The position numbers and the translations under genes are program-made. A DNA stretch of 64,000 nt, from the NCBI GenBank assembly GCA_013265495.1, contig MU057801.1, forward strand, positions 1,791,879-1,855,878, in the 5' to 3' direction. Below the pieces are notes generated by a model. The model made no database searches. It was not told the DNA's origin and saw nothing but the letters and a program-made list of their open reading frames with translations. The DNA is from Vicugna vicugna. Lineage: Eukaryota. Positions 36,501 through 49,144 of the stretch are shown piece after piece (positions within the stretch are counted from its first letter, which is position 1; every line of letters starts with the position of its first letter).

Positions 36501-39500
36501 CTGGCTTCCTCTTCCCTGGTTCTCACTTTCGGTTCCCTGTGACTCCAGTTTAACGAAGTCCCTGGGAGACACAGGGGTGACTTGGGCGTGAAGGAGGATG
36601 GTCTCCTCCGGCGGCATCTCGGGCAGAGGGGGCCCGGGGTTCGCTCGCAGGAGGGCCCCGCAGCCCCACGCCATGCACAGACCCTCACCAGGACTCAGAC
36701 CCTGTCCTCTCCTTTCTCACTTAATGTTTCTAGATTCACCAAGTCCCAACAGCCCGCCGTGCGCCGCTGCAGGCAGACTTTGCTTCTGGAAGCTCTGCAG
36801 CTCTGACTTGGACCTCTAGGGGTTGGAAGAGGACCCTCAGCCCCTGGGACCCTGGTCTCAGCCGCCGGGAGCCTCTGTTTTGTGGCATTTTACAACCACT
36901 TCAGAATCGACGCCGTGTGCAGGCTCTAGGTGTGCACGGCGTGAACACGGGTGTCCGGGGAGAGATGTGCAGCCCTCTCATTTCCTCAGACATACCCCCC
37001 GCACACACGCAGACATTCTTCCCAGTGCAGACAGCCTGGCAGCCTCCTTTCAGCACCATCTGGGAGAGCTGGCCACAGTCTTGTTAGTAACGAGACCTTC
37101 CTCCTTACGTACGGGGGTTCCTTAAATTCCCACCCATTTAAGCTGCAAAAACCTGAACTCTGACGGAAGAAATTGTTCAATTTGCTTAATTCTTTATCAT
37201 TAAGATGCAAACTATACTCAGACATGAACTTCCTACGAGGGCTTCGGCTAAAGCTTTGTGTCATTCTGTCGGGGTGCACTGTTATTTGAAAAGTGATTAC
37301 TGTGCAGGCTAGAAAAGTCCTGCAAGAATATCCTTTGATTTTTCTAATTACAACTTTTCTACCTGGATATATTTTCCACTTTTCTTTTCTCTGTCTAGGA
37401 CATTTCCTGCTCTATAGTGGGCAAATTTCCCAGAATAGCTCAAACTCAAAATACCCACCGATGGACAGACAGACAGACTCGTAACCCCCGCCGCCTTGCT
37501 CCGCGCGGTGCCAGCAGCGCTCCTCCGCGGGAGCACACGGGCTCGCTCGCGCCTCCGTTCTCGCAGCGGCCTCTTGGGTGTGAGGGAGCGGAGGGAGGTT
37601 CTCGGCACCGTCGCCCACAGTCGTCTCGGAATGTTTCTCTGCGCCCTCAAAAGCCTTCATGTTGAACAAACGTCCGATGTTCCTTCGCTCACTGCTGAAT
37701 GTTGACTTAGCTTGAGGAAAAAAAAAAAACTAATTAAAAATGTGGAAAATGCAAGCGTGGTTGATTCAAACAGCTTTCCAAAGGCATTCTCTCCCGCCAC
37801 GTCAGCCTCCCATGGAGGGCTGAGCTCCTCACATCAATTATATTTTCTAGAGACCAAACAAATCATGAAATTACTCTTGTCCCCAAATGATCGCACACAG
37901 ATTTTGCTGAGAAAGCACACTGGACGTTCAAGTGTTAGCACTGGTTTTTAAGAAGTTATGCTTTTTCATGTTTAGGTAACAAAAGACTAAAACTGGTCGC
38001 TAAATAGGGTGTTTTCATTCATGGTGATTGACAAAGATTCATGAAGTCAGCTTTTTTTTTATCTTTTTTTTTCACCAGTCCCTCGTTCCAGAATTCCATT
38101 TGGAGTTTATCAGGACAAAATGTTTTCGGTTCTGCTCTCTCTGGCCCTGTTTGCTGAGTTCCGCAGGGTTTGTCCGCAAGTTCTGCTTGAGTAAACCGTG
38201 TTTGGACAACCCCACAGTCCACCTGGGCCCTTTGCAATGACTGGGCCAAGGTCAGTTTTATATTCTGCTGAAATCACACAGTGACACTGGAGATAAACAG
38301 AATGTTTACTCTCCCCGTGTGAGCCCGGGCTGATATGTAAATTCATCCGTATTCTTTCATCAAATTTGCATTCCCCCCTCTTAGCCAAACACTGCAGGGT
38401 TCCAAATCAAACAGTTTTAATGATGGTCCACTCTTTATGACCGATGACCATATCAGAGAAAAAGAAGCAGCAATTTAGATTAAAGCGAACGGCGTGGCGG
38501 CTCCGAACCTCCCCTCCAGGTCGGTGGGAATTGGGGAAGTCTGCATACAAGAGGTGTTTGATGCTCCGCCGCTTGGCGGTAATTACCAGGTCTTCCACTC
38601 TGTGTGGCCTGCTCTGCCCTGTTATCTGCCACCCACACACCCCACTCACCTGTCACCACTATTGTTTTTCCTGGGGTCAAACAAACCCAGTCCCTTTAAG
38701 CAGATTCTTTCTATTAAAGGAAAAAAGACAGGAGGGCATAAAGGAAAACTCAGTCCTCTCTGCAAACTGAGTCCCATCGCTGGCAAAAGCCACCAACAAA
38801 CAAAAACTCTGTAAACGCGGGTGGTACGTAAAGTGAGGCGTGAAGATGGAACGGCGGGTGTCGGTGAGCGGGTGCTGCCCCCTGGGACGCGGTTCTGCCG
38901 CCTGTGTGCGGCTCTCAGGGGCGAGGGGACCCCAGGCAGGAGGCTGCCTTCCCCCCCTCCCTCAAAGGTGAGCAGGAATCGCGGAGGCAGGAGGTTCAGG
39001 GCGCCCCACAGCCTCAGGGCCCTGGGAAGCCGCTCCCCAAGGCTTAAACCTCTCTGTGCGGTTAAACAAGGGTGAGCCTCCCAGAACGAACGTGATGGAT
39101 AAAATTAGTACCTGTGTTTGCTCTCCATTCTTTTCGAACAAAAGGAGCTATTTCTGTGTTAGGAGTTTGTAGAACACAGGGGATTAAGCGGTGGGACCAC
39201 ACACCCACGGCTTGGGGGCTGGGGGCCGCGGGCAGGCAGGAGACACAGCCCAGGAAGGGCAGGACCCCTCCCATTGTCACTCGTTCCCCAGCGGGCGGGT
39301 CTGGGCCTGGCCCCACGCCTGTCCCGCTGCAGGGCCCTCCTGGCATCCTGTTTGGTTGTGGCACCAGAGGAGAAGCCAGCAAGTTCAAAGCACGGGGTCT
39401 CTGGGACAGGCTGCACAAAGAAGAGAAAAGGGACATTCTTTCAGGGGCTCCTGGATGCTGCTTCCTGGGCGGAATGAAAAGTGGCGAGCGCGGGCCCGGG

Positions 39501-42500
39501 CCTTGCTAGGTTACTGAAGCTCCCGCGCTTGGAATGTCAGAGCCATCAGTTCAACGGCTTGTCCCGCCGCAGAAGGGACGCGAGTCAGGCCGGCGGGGCA
39601 CCGAGAGAGGGCCTCTGCCCAACCCCAGTGCGCGGACACCACGGCGAAGGGAGAGAAAGGACAGGAGGCGGCAGAGGGCTCGAGGGCGGCTGGGGGTGGG
39701 CGGGGGACACAGTTTCCTTTTCAGAGTGGCTGTCAAATGGCGATCTAATTGTGGCCAGGCTGCAGGAGAGAGCAGATAGCTTTTCTGAAGCCCACAAGTA
39801 TTTCTGCCATTCATGGGGCCGGAGGACACCACACACAGTCTGTTTGTTCAACGTAAGCAAACAGATTGTAAACTGGCTGATAATTTTTGTACTGACAATG
39901 TCATTTACAGCTGTCAGCCTTTCGTCTCCCTTGTTTGCTTTATTCAAATATGAACCAAGCGGACCTCCCTTCCAGAGCTTTCTTCTGCATTAAAATCACA
40001 TCCATTCCCTTCCAAGCTGTCTTATCTAAAATTCATTGGAGGCCAATCAGTTGGCTGAATGCTTTGTTGTTTCCATGGAGGCAAGAAGTCTAGTGTGGAC
40101 TTTCGGGGATTAGGAAGTTTCAGATTTACAGCCTTGAAGTGCCCATTTCTTTCAGTTGGCTTCTTTTGATTGCCCAGAGGCAGGAAATTTAAATATAATT
40201 TTATGTCTGAGCCGGGAGCCGAGCTTAAAAACCTGATCGTCCTCACCAGCAGCTGCTTGGTACCCGCAGGGCCCTCCTTCCCGAGTTTGTCCTCGGCATG
40301 TGCTGCCCGGGGGCCTGTCGGCATGCACCCCCGGGCCCTGGGCCCTGGCCACCGCGCCCGCCTGGCGTTGCTGCACCTCGTGTCTCCCTCACGGAGCTTG
40401 GTCTGGGGGCCTGCCTGCCGGGGTGTCGCCCGCAGTTCTGGGAGCCTCCTCTATTGTTCACAGAGGTCACAGCCCTTTCCGCTAATAATTCACGTCAGAT
40501 GGACTGTCCGGGGACAGGCCGGCAGCTGTGGGCAGCGCCCCTGTGCTGAGGGGGCACAGCGCATCCTTCAGGAGAAAACTTAGGCGGCAGCCTGGTCGCC
40601 TTCCTCACTGCACCTGCTGCTGCCGTCGAAGGTTGAATGCTCTCCATCCAAGTTGCGCTCAAGCCTTTGGGCTACGCGCTCCTGTACTAATGACAGCTTC
40701 AACCCAGGGGCGTCCTTCCCAGGAGAGCGAGGTCGCTGGCTTCTCTGGGGAAAGAGCGACCCCTTGGGAAACCTGGGACTCCTGGCCTCTCGGTCCAGTG
40801 GGTCAGATCCCAGAGACCGTCCGCCGTGTAGCGAGCACCGTGTTGCTGCAGGTGGAACTTTAAAATGTAGCATCACTGGCTGACATGACTCGGACGTGAT
40901 TTCTGACTGTGGCGGTCCGTCCCAGCTCTTACTTCCTCAGTCTGTAAAATGCGCACAGCATGTTCGTCAGCCCGTCAACCGATACCGAGAATAGATGACG
41001 TGTGACAAGAAATTCACCATGAAAACCTTTATAAATCTAGGTTCAGTACCAAAGGCCACCCCAACTCAACTTGGCAATTCTCCTTCAAGTCAACGCGACT
41101 AGCCTCGGATCCTTGTTTGGTGCTAACTCAGCTTCAGAAACAAAATCCTAGCAGACGTACGAACATACATGTGGTCACCTGAGAGCCGTTCGAGAGCGTG
41201 TCCAATCTCATGTTGGATGGAATTCGGTAGAAAATACAACAGAACTGAGGTTTTGGAGAAAAGAGGTCTCAGTAGAGGCTGCTAAAGGGGGACTGTTCAT
41301 TCCACCTGCTGTAAAAAGCGCGTGGTGTGTTCTGAAAGCTGGTAATTTAAAGTGCAAACCAGTGTGAACTATAAAGTAGCTTCGGGTCTTACTGGCACGC
41401 GAGCTAATTTGCTGTGGGGGCCGGGAGCTGCACCCGCGCCTGGCTAGCCTTTACCACGGTGCTGTCGCCAGTCTGGGGTCTGGATGGCGCTAACGAGTCT
41501 TGCTGTTTTAGAAGGAGACTACGTTGCACCCAAGCCCTCAGGTCCCTGGGCTCCAAAGACGCCCTTCTTGCTGAGAAGGCAGCTTTAGTCTTTGCCCCTG
41601 AAGAGACAAGCTGCGCTCTGGCGGGCGGTGGGCGCAGGGGGCGTACTGAGCAGGGCGTCTCCGACGTCCTGCTCTTTTAAGTGCTGCCGGCATCATTAGA
41701 ATTTTTCATTCTGTTCATTAACACACAGCTGGTCTATTTACTGGAATTTCCGTGCGGCAGGGACGCTGTCCAGGCAGCCATCTGCACGGGGTCTGTCCGG
41801 CACTGACCTCGCCCCCATCCCCACCGAATGGAAAGGCACAGCTCACACCCTTTATGAGCAATTCCAGAAAGCAAGATGCCCTGAACACTGCAATGCTGGC
41901 CCCAGACTCAGGTGGTGACCGAGGCGGCCGTGACCCACCTGGGCTGGCGTCGGGTCCTCACTCGCCCCACGAGCACCTGCTGCAGAAGCGTCTGTGCTTG
42001 GCTCTGCGGCTGCTCCCCAAGATCTCACTGGGGATGTGGTTAAATACACGCGATAGTCCCCATTTGCCTTTTAAAACCTGGAACCACAGAGGTGGAAACA
42101 CATTTGGACCCCAGGGCCTGAGACAGCTGCCTGGGGTGTGTTCCTGCAGCTCCGTGGGGAGCAGGGTGACGCCCAAGAAAGCCTCCGGAACGTGGGGCTA
42201 ACTGCTCTGCTGTGAACGGACAAGAAAGGGCACTGTGTTCAGAGAAGGGGGATGTCACACTGTTCACATACAAGACGGGGAGGAACTGAGGGACCGAGCA
42301 TAGCTGCAGGGCCTGTCTGACCCAGCCGGGGCCACCACCAGTGTGATGTCTGGCACCCTCGGCGGAGGGAAGGGAAACAGAGAGGGCGACAGGGCGCACA
42401 GGGAGAGCCAGAGCTGCGGGCGACCTGAGGAAGGTGCTTGCTGCGCCTCCGTGCTGTGACAGCAGCACTTCGGTAAGCGTGAAGTTAAATCCGAGTACGG

Positions 42501-45500
42501 CTATAAAACGCCAAAAAGAGCAGCAAAGAAGGGCACAGAGGAGGGTCTCCGCTGACGCTTCTCCCCCTTCCTCCCGGTGGCCGAGGCCGACGTGAGCAAA
42601 GAGAAGCCCACGAAGAGGGGAAGACACGGGAGCCTGGGGAGCAGAGGAGGACAGTGGATGGAGGAGGAGAGGCAGAGGATCACATGTGCAGGGAGCTTCA
42701 GCGTCACCCACCCGCACACAGCAGCCCGCTAGCGCCCCCCGCGCGGGGCTCAGGTGCTAACCCGGGCGCCGCCGCTTCCCCGTCCCTGACGCGGGCGCAG
42801 CAGAGAGCCCGGGGTGGGGGTTCCGGAAGAGTAAGCCCCTTCGTTCAGAATGCGCCTGGCGGGTCGTTAGCGCTCGGCAGACAGTCGGCAGACACTCGCT
42901 GTATGTATGACTGTGAGGCTCCGGGCCGTTCCTCAGAGCGAGTGCCGGGCTGAGGGCCAGACCTGCGCGTGCGTCACCCCTGCCCCTTCCAGCAGCCCCG
43001 CGGCAGGCCCGGGGGGCAGGCGTGCAGCCGGGCAGGCGAGCAGCCTGGCAGGTGAGCGGGTCCCGCCCTCCCGCCTGCTCCCGCAGGGGAGGATGCTCTG
43101 GTATACGTCTCACGACTGGCTCGCTGCAAAAAAGTGGGTGCGTGTGTGTTTGCTTGTTGCACATTTTACTGAGGATGACGAGCAAGCAGCACACAGTTTG
43201 CCATCGATGACGATAACCCAAAGTGCCCTTTATTTTAAATTCCAGAAGACCAGCTGCGTCCACCAGAACGCTTCTGCTGGTTTTTTCTGGGCTTTCGTAT
43301 CCGTCGGCCAACCTGCGGTTGTGACTCAGCCGCGACGTTCAAAAATCGGACCACAATCCTCGCTGTCGGATTCAGCAAAGACGCTGTCCGTCCAGCACGG
43401 ATGCTGGCTGACGTTTCTGTGGGCGTTGAGTCCTGACGGCAAAGCGCAGCAGTGAGAACGCGAGTCGGAAACCCATTTGCTCATCAGAGGTGCCGGAGCC
43501 TTCTTCGCTGAACTGGAGAATCAGCTGAAGGGCATCTCCCCGAATCTGGTGCTTTCACAGCACAAGCAGCTCCAAACACAGCACATGTTTAACTTTAATC
43601 TGCTGTCGTAACACGTTCTCTACCACTTTCCTCAATCTGGCCAACAAAATGCCAAACCAAGCTCTGATCTGTGGCATCTGTCAATTTCCACGGTGCCAAC
43701 ACTCTCGTCAGGGCTGACTTCCAGCCACCAACCTGGTGTCACTGAACGTGGATCTGGGGGGAGACGCCAGTCACAATCCATTACCTCCAGGTTTGGTGGG
43801 GGAGGTGACGTCTGAACTTGAGGTTTGAAGAATGGGTAGACTTTTACAGACAGAAGTGGAGGAAAGGGCATTCCAGGCAAAAGATGCACTTTAAGTAAAA
43901 GCAAAATAGGGAAACATGCTGGCAGAGAGAGGACTCTGGGCTCCCGTGGGCTCCTGCGGGGGAATCTGGAGTCAGGTTTGGAAGCACTGAGTGCCTTTCT
44001 TATCTTGAGGACTGTCCTTTCACCCGATCAGAGGCTTTGCCTCCTGTTTTTGTTTGGTGGGAGATGGTTTGCATGTTTGTATTGTTTTGGTTTATCACTC
44101 TGTAGGCAGGAGGCTGAAACAGACACGCGTTAGCACGTAAAGTGATCAGATCTGATCTTCAAGGACGTCACCCAGGGCCAGGGTCCTGGAAAGCTGGGAG
44201 CTGGCTGACGGGAGGAGCGAGGGTTGGGGGGAACTGACAGAAGCCGGTGCCTGAGGAAGTGAGGTTTTGAGATCCAGGCCACAGCAACAAGAGGTCAGTT
44301 CCGTTCGGCCCGGATGGACCTGAGTCACCGCCGTGTGTGTCCCCAACAAGCGCTTAGAGTCCTGGCACCTAGAGGGACGGCGGCAGCTTTGCGGAATGAG
44401 TGGGCCCTGAAAGGGGAAGCAAGGCTGCAGGGGAGGGAGGCCAGGTATGTTCTCATCGGCAGCGCAGCTTCCGTGTCGATGCCACACCTGGTCCACCGCA
44501 GCAGGTAAGCCCAGCCCTCGTCGGCTTCAGCCAGATCTGCTGAGGCGTCGCCCAGGCTGGCGGCAGCCCTCAGCTTTTGGAAGACCCGTACGTGTGTTCC
44601 TGAAGAAATGTGGCGAGAGTTCTTTTGAATCCGGGTCACATCTTTTCTGGACCCCCATATTTTGTCACGTCATTCTTTGTCACTGCTCCCTTTTCAAGGC
44701 GCTAATAATCCATAAACAATCTTTTAAATTGTGCATATAAAGTTTATACTCTAAAACCTATCAAATGTAAACAAATCTGTTAAAGCATTTTGGGAAACTC
44801 TTCATGAAGAAATGCTTCTTGGGAATCCACTGAGGACTAACTGGGGGCTTTTTGTCTTAAAACTCACAGCTTCCTTTTCCTCCCGATGGGGAGAAACTGA
44901 GAAGGGTGAGACTGGACCACAGGAATTAACGCTGAGCCCAGATCTGGAAGCGCATCAAAAGCTGTGAATTTCCTCGTCTGAACGCAGGGTATGACTAAGT
45001 GTTAGAATTCTGAGCTCCTGGATGATAAGAAGTGTGTGTCTGCGGGTTACCACGGTCGGAACGAGGCTGGTTAATCATTGCAGGTTTCTGGGCTAACCGC
45101 CGAGCCAGCGGGGCTGACCCCAGGGCGGGCGAGCAGCGGAGGGCTTCCGCCAAGGCTTGGCGGGGACCGAGCGCCCCGGGTGCTCTTCTGCAGCTGCTGA
45201 GAGAGAGCCCCCGGCCCTGCCCTCCCCGGTTTTTATTTGTCTGCCCCCTTTACGTTGATGAGACAATGCCTGGGCTGTTTGCGTCCTGGTGTTACCAGTG
45301 GCGACTGTTTCCAAGCCTGTGGGCTTTGCCCTGACCTTCCGAGGCCCCCGCTGAAGGCGGGTGGGTGCGGGGTGGCTGGGAGATGTCAGGTTTCAGTACA
45401 TGATCCGATGGCTTAATTCGCTGAGTCATAGTTCTGAGTCTTCCTGGAATCCGAGCAACGTGACCTTGTTTCCCCCACTTTTGTTCCGATTCAAGGGCTG

Positions 45501-45589
45501 AACAGTTAAAGATCGCCTGTTAGGCAACCTTCTGAATTAAACTAAGATCTCCAAAACAAGGTGTGCCATTGGGGGAAACGTCTACCAAA

Positions 45590-45900
45590 GCTTAACATGA
45601 AGAAAAGCCAACATATCATATATAAACGTACCACATGGTGAGTTTTCACAAACCGAGCACATCCTGTGACCAGCACCCAGATCACCACACAGAGCAGCCC
45701 CCTTTGGGGCCCAACAGCTCTCCTTTCCAACAGCCTCCCTCCCCAGGGGCCCCGCTGTCTGCGCAGGAGCACAGGTTAGGCTTTGAACCCCAAATAGTTG
45801 GACTCACACTACACTCACTCTTTTGCACTTGGCTGCTCTGACTCAGCCTTCGGAGATCCAGCCCCACGTCTGGGCCTCCCCGTGGTCTGCTCTCTCTTGT
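45590..45900 (-). mobile_element. Old L1 (L1ME/MC-type) 3' fragment
   Basis: TGAGTTTTCACAAAC...ATCCTGTGACCAGCACCCAGATCA...CTCTTTTG...TGGCT...ACTCAGC. Confidence 0.6.
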
Positions 45901-46260
45901 CGCTGTGTTTGCGTGAGCGCGTCTCTCCTCACTCATCCTAAATGTGCCATTTTTTCACCCTCAAGATCCCCAAGCGAGGAGTGTTCACCAAACCCTCATA
46001 CTGTCAGACCTCAAATCAGTGTTTTTTTAAATCCTCTTTTTATTATTGTCTTCCCCTCCCAAATCCAGTCATTCTAGTAAACTTCCAATGATCTTACGGC
46101 TTCACCCTCCTTCCCAACAGGTGCATCTTGCAAACGTCCCCCACGAGCACAGATTTGAGGCCCTCCCCTCCACTCACAGCCTGTCCTGGTACAACCTCCC
46201 CACCCCGGCCCCCCTAGTCCCCCGGGGCCTGGCACTTTCTTTAAAAGCACATCATCTACT

Positions 46261-46367
46261 TTTTCTTTCCTTTTTTAAATTGAAGTCTAGTCAGTTACAA
46301 TGTGTCCATTTCTGGCTCACAGCGTCGTGTCCCAGTCACGCACATACGCACATGTATTTGTTTTCAT
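46261..46367 (-). mobile_element. Very short young L1 3' tail
   Basis: Reverse-complement similarity to the 3' end of the L1 at ~13000-13098 (TTTAAATTGAAGT...GTTACA...GTGTCCCAGTCA). Confidence 0.8.
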
Positions 46368-48559
46368 CTCCACTGGGCCAGAGGGATATGAGACACTTTT
46401 TCTTTCTGGGATTCCATCGGCATTTTCCTGCCTCTGGGCAGGTGCTCGAGGACTTCTTCAGCCTGGAAGTCACTTCACGATTGTCAGAAACTGCCATCCC
46501 GTCCTTGAAGACCCGCTCATGCCACCCCCAGCCCTGACCCCAGTTGCGTCGTACCAAAGTCTGGTCTGTAGGCATCTGTCTCTCCTGCTTGACTGTGAGC
46601 ATCCGGGTGGCTGAGATCTGTGGCTTCGCCTCAAGGTTCGCACCTTTGTTCGGTGTCTGCTCCCTGCAAACATCCAGAATGCCCCACACGCTGCCCCCCC
46701 CCCCGGGCTCCCTTCCACTTCCCTGGTTACCCCGTCTCTCTTTCCTAGAACAGTACGGGTAGGGCCACCTATCTTCCCAGGACTGTGGGTCTTACGAGGT
46801 GATGACCAGCCAGAGAAGGTGCAGGTCCAGGCTTGTCCTCTGAACACGCACACTGTGCTTTCCCGGGACTGTTGACCAGGAAGAATGAACAGAGAACAGT
46901 GTCCCACAAGTGGCTAAAATGCCCAGAGTCCCACCAAAATCCTGCCAGTTTACTGTGCTCAGAGGTGGCTGCAGGGAGTGAGGCAGAATCCACCTGGAGA
47001 AGGGGAAGCAGGAGGCAGAGCAGAGAAAACTTCACTTCCTCTTGCTCGACGTTCGCTCGGTGATCCTTGGTCCGAGAATCTGATCATCATTTATGCCGAA
47101 ATATCACAGTTACCTTATTTTTTATGTAACCCTCCTTGCACTTAGTGTGACAAAGAGAATTTTTTTTTCTGATTTGTGAATTTAGGTGAAAAGTCTTGTA
47201 ATGGTAGAAAATTTAAACTATATGTAGTTATTCATTCAATGACTCACTTTTTCTGAAATTAACATGATTATGTAAAACCAGGATTCGCTAGGAAAATGTG
47301 TGCTGGGGCACGTTGGTACTGATGGCAAAAGTCCACCCTGTGTCTGCGTGTTAGACTTTCTCGTGATCCTGGAAAAGAATTTCAGCAAGAGGCGCTCAGA
47401 CTGGGTTTAGAAGAAATCACGGTGAATTCCCTCAAAATCCAAGAGATTTGCTGAGGGGAGAAATGAAGCAATAAATCCGGGTTGAAGAGTTAACAGTTGA
47501 GCAATTGTGTCAATGAGACGTCAGCTCTCAAGATGTCCCTCCTTCCCTTGGTGCGTGACCTCAAGACTGTCACCTTAAGAAAATACGTTCTATGAAAATG
47601 AAAGTCGTCGAGAGGGAGCTGGGACTTCTCCTGCATTTTAAGCAGCCCGTTTATATTCTCCGTGTATCCTACAACACCAGCTCAAAAGCCGCGCAGAGCG
47701 TAAGGCAAGAGGCAGCTGGAAGAGAACAAAACAAAACAAAAAGCCTTGAAATGATCAATGCAATTTTCATGTCAGCAACTGGAATGTTTTTGCAGTGTTA
47801 CTGTCTTGGCCTGCTGACACCATGATTTAATGGCCTGGCTGTCCCGTGGGTTGACATGGCAACCACAGAAAATGCCATAAATATCTCAGCTGTGGACGTG
47901 AATGGTCTGTTTACATTGTGTGTGGGGTATTGTGTGACATGTGGTGGCTGTTGTCCCATCCAGCTGGAAACGTCTGGAAGTGACAGCCATTTTTTAGAGT
48001 CATTTGGGTTAAAACGAGTCTCCCGGCAGAGACTTTACTGCAAGTCCAGAGCTGTGCATTTTTGTGTACATTCGACTCAGTGTTTAACGGGCCACGGGGC
48101 TGTCACATAGCTGGCCGCGAACCGTAAGCCACCCTCTGCTCGGGTCCAGACTGTGTTAGATTTCTTCTAAATTCACGCCGTAGGAAGCAATTTGGACATT
48201 CATGCAAAGCGGGCTCTACTGAGCCCTTCCACAGGCGCACCGAGTCCCGCAGCCAAGAGCCAGAAGGAAGTTAAATGACTTCATTTCTCGAAGGAAGTAA
48301 GGCACAGCCTCTTTGTTTCATGCTTCAGTGTCCCTGAGGAAAGCAGTGCTCTCTAGCCTTCTCTGTGCCTGGTAGATTCCTGCACAAGGAAATGGGAGTG
48401 GCGCTTTCGAAAAGAGAAGGACGGAAAAGAACCTGAAGCTGGCTGTGTTGTGCCGACTGCCAGCTCCCCAGAGACCGCCAGGAAAACGCCCCGTAAAGGG
48501 AGGCCGCGTCTCGCTTGTGAAGGGCTGCCTTGGCTTTGCAGGAGAGGGGCAGCGTGGTC

Positions 48560-48990
48560 GCGGGAGAGCCGGTCCGCGGCGGGCCTCAGTGAGGGGCCGC
48601 CCCGGGGGCTGAGGCGCGTGGACTGACCGCGGGCCGGGTCCCCCGCGGCGCCGGGGCCAGGCTGGGCCGCGCCTTCGCGCCCCCTGCTGGGCGCAGAGCT
48701 GGCTCGGCCGGGCGGGGTCCACGCTGCGGCACTTCGGGGTCGTGGGCGCGCGAGGCGGAGATCTTGCCGAGGGCCGAGTTAAGGAAGCTTAGCCCTGACA
48801 AGCGGGCTGTTCAGTCGGTTTACGGTCTCGGGCCCCAGCAGCAGGCGCTCCCGGAGCGAGCAGCGACACCGCCCGCGCTCGGCCTCGGCCGCGCGGCGGC
48901 GGCAGGAGGGAGCGGCCAGGCTCGGCGCCACTGTTCGCGCCTGCACCGCCCTCGCGCTGGCCCCGGGTCTCGCTGACCGAGGCGCCCACT
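48560..48990. promoter_or_regulatory. CpG island containing a consensus CTCF site
   Basis: Dense CpG; minus strand of 48677-48690 reads CCAGCAGGGGGCGC. Confidence 0.75.
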
Positions 48991-49037
48991 GGGGATGGAA
49001 AGGCGAGGCTTCTCTTGTTGTCGCTGTTGCTTTGGTT

Positions 49038-49144
49038 TGGGGGAAGCAACTAAGATTATTCACGCATTTGTTTATTTTTTAATGGAGGTGCCGGGATTGA
49101 CCCCGGGGCCTCAGGCACGCACTCCGCTGAGCTACGCCCGCCCC
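49038..49144 (-). mobile_element. vic-1-like SINE, GC-shifted with deletions
   Basis: TTTATTTTTTAATGGAGGTGCCGGGATTGACCCC...CTGAGCTA. Confidence 0.7.
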
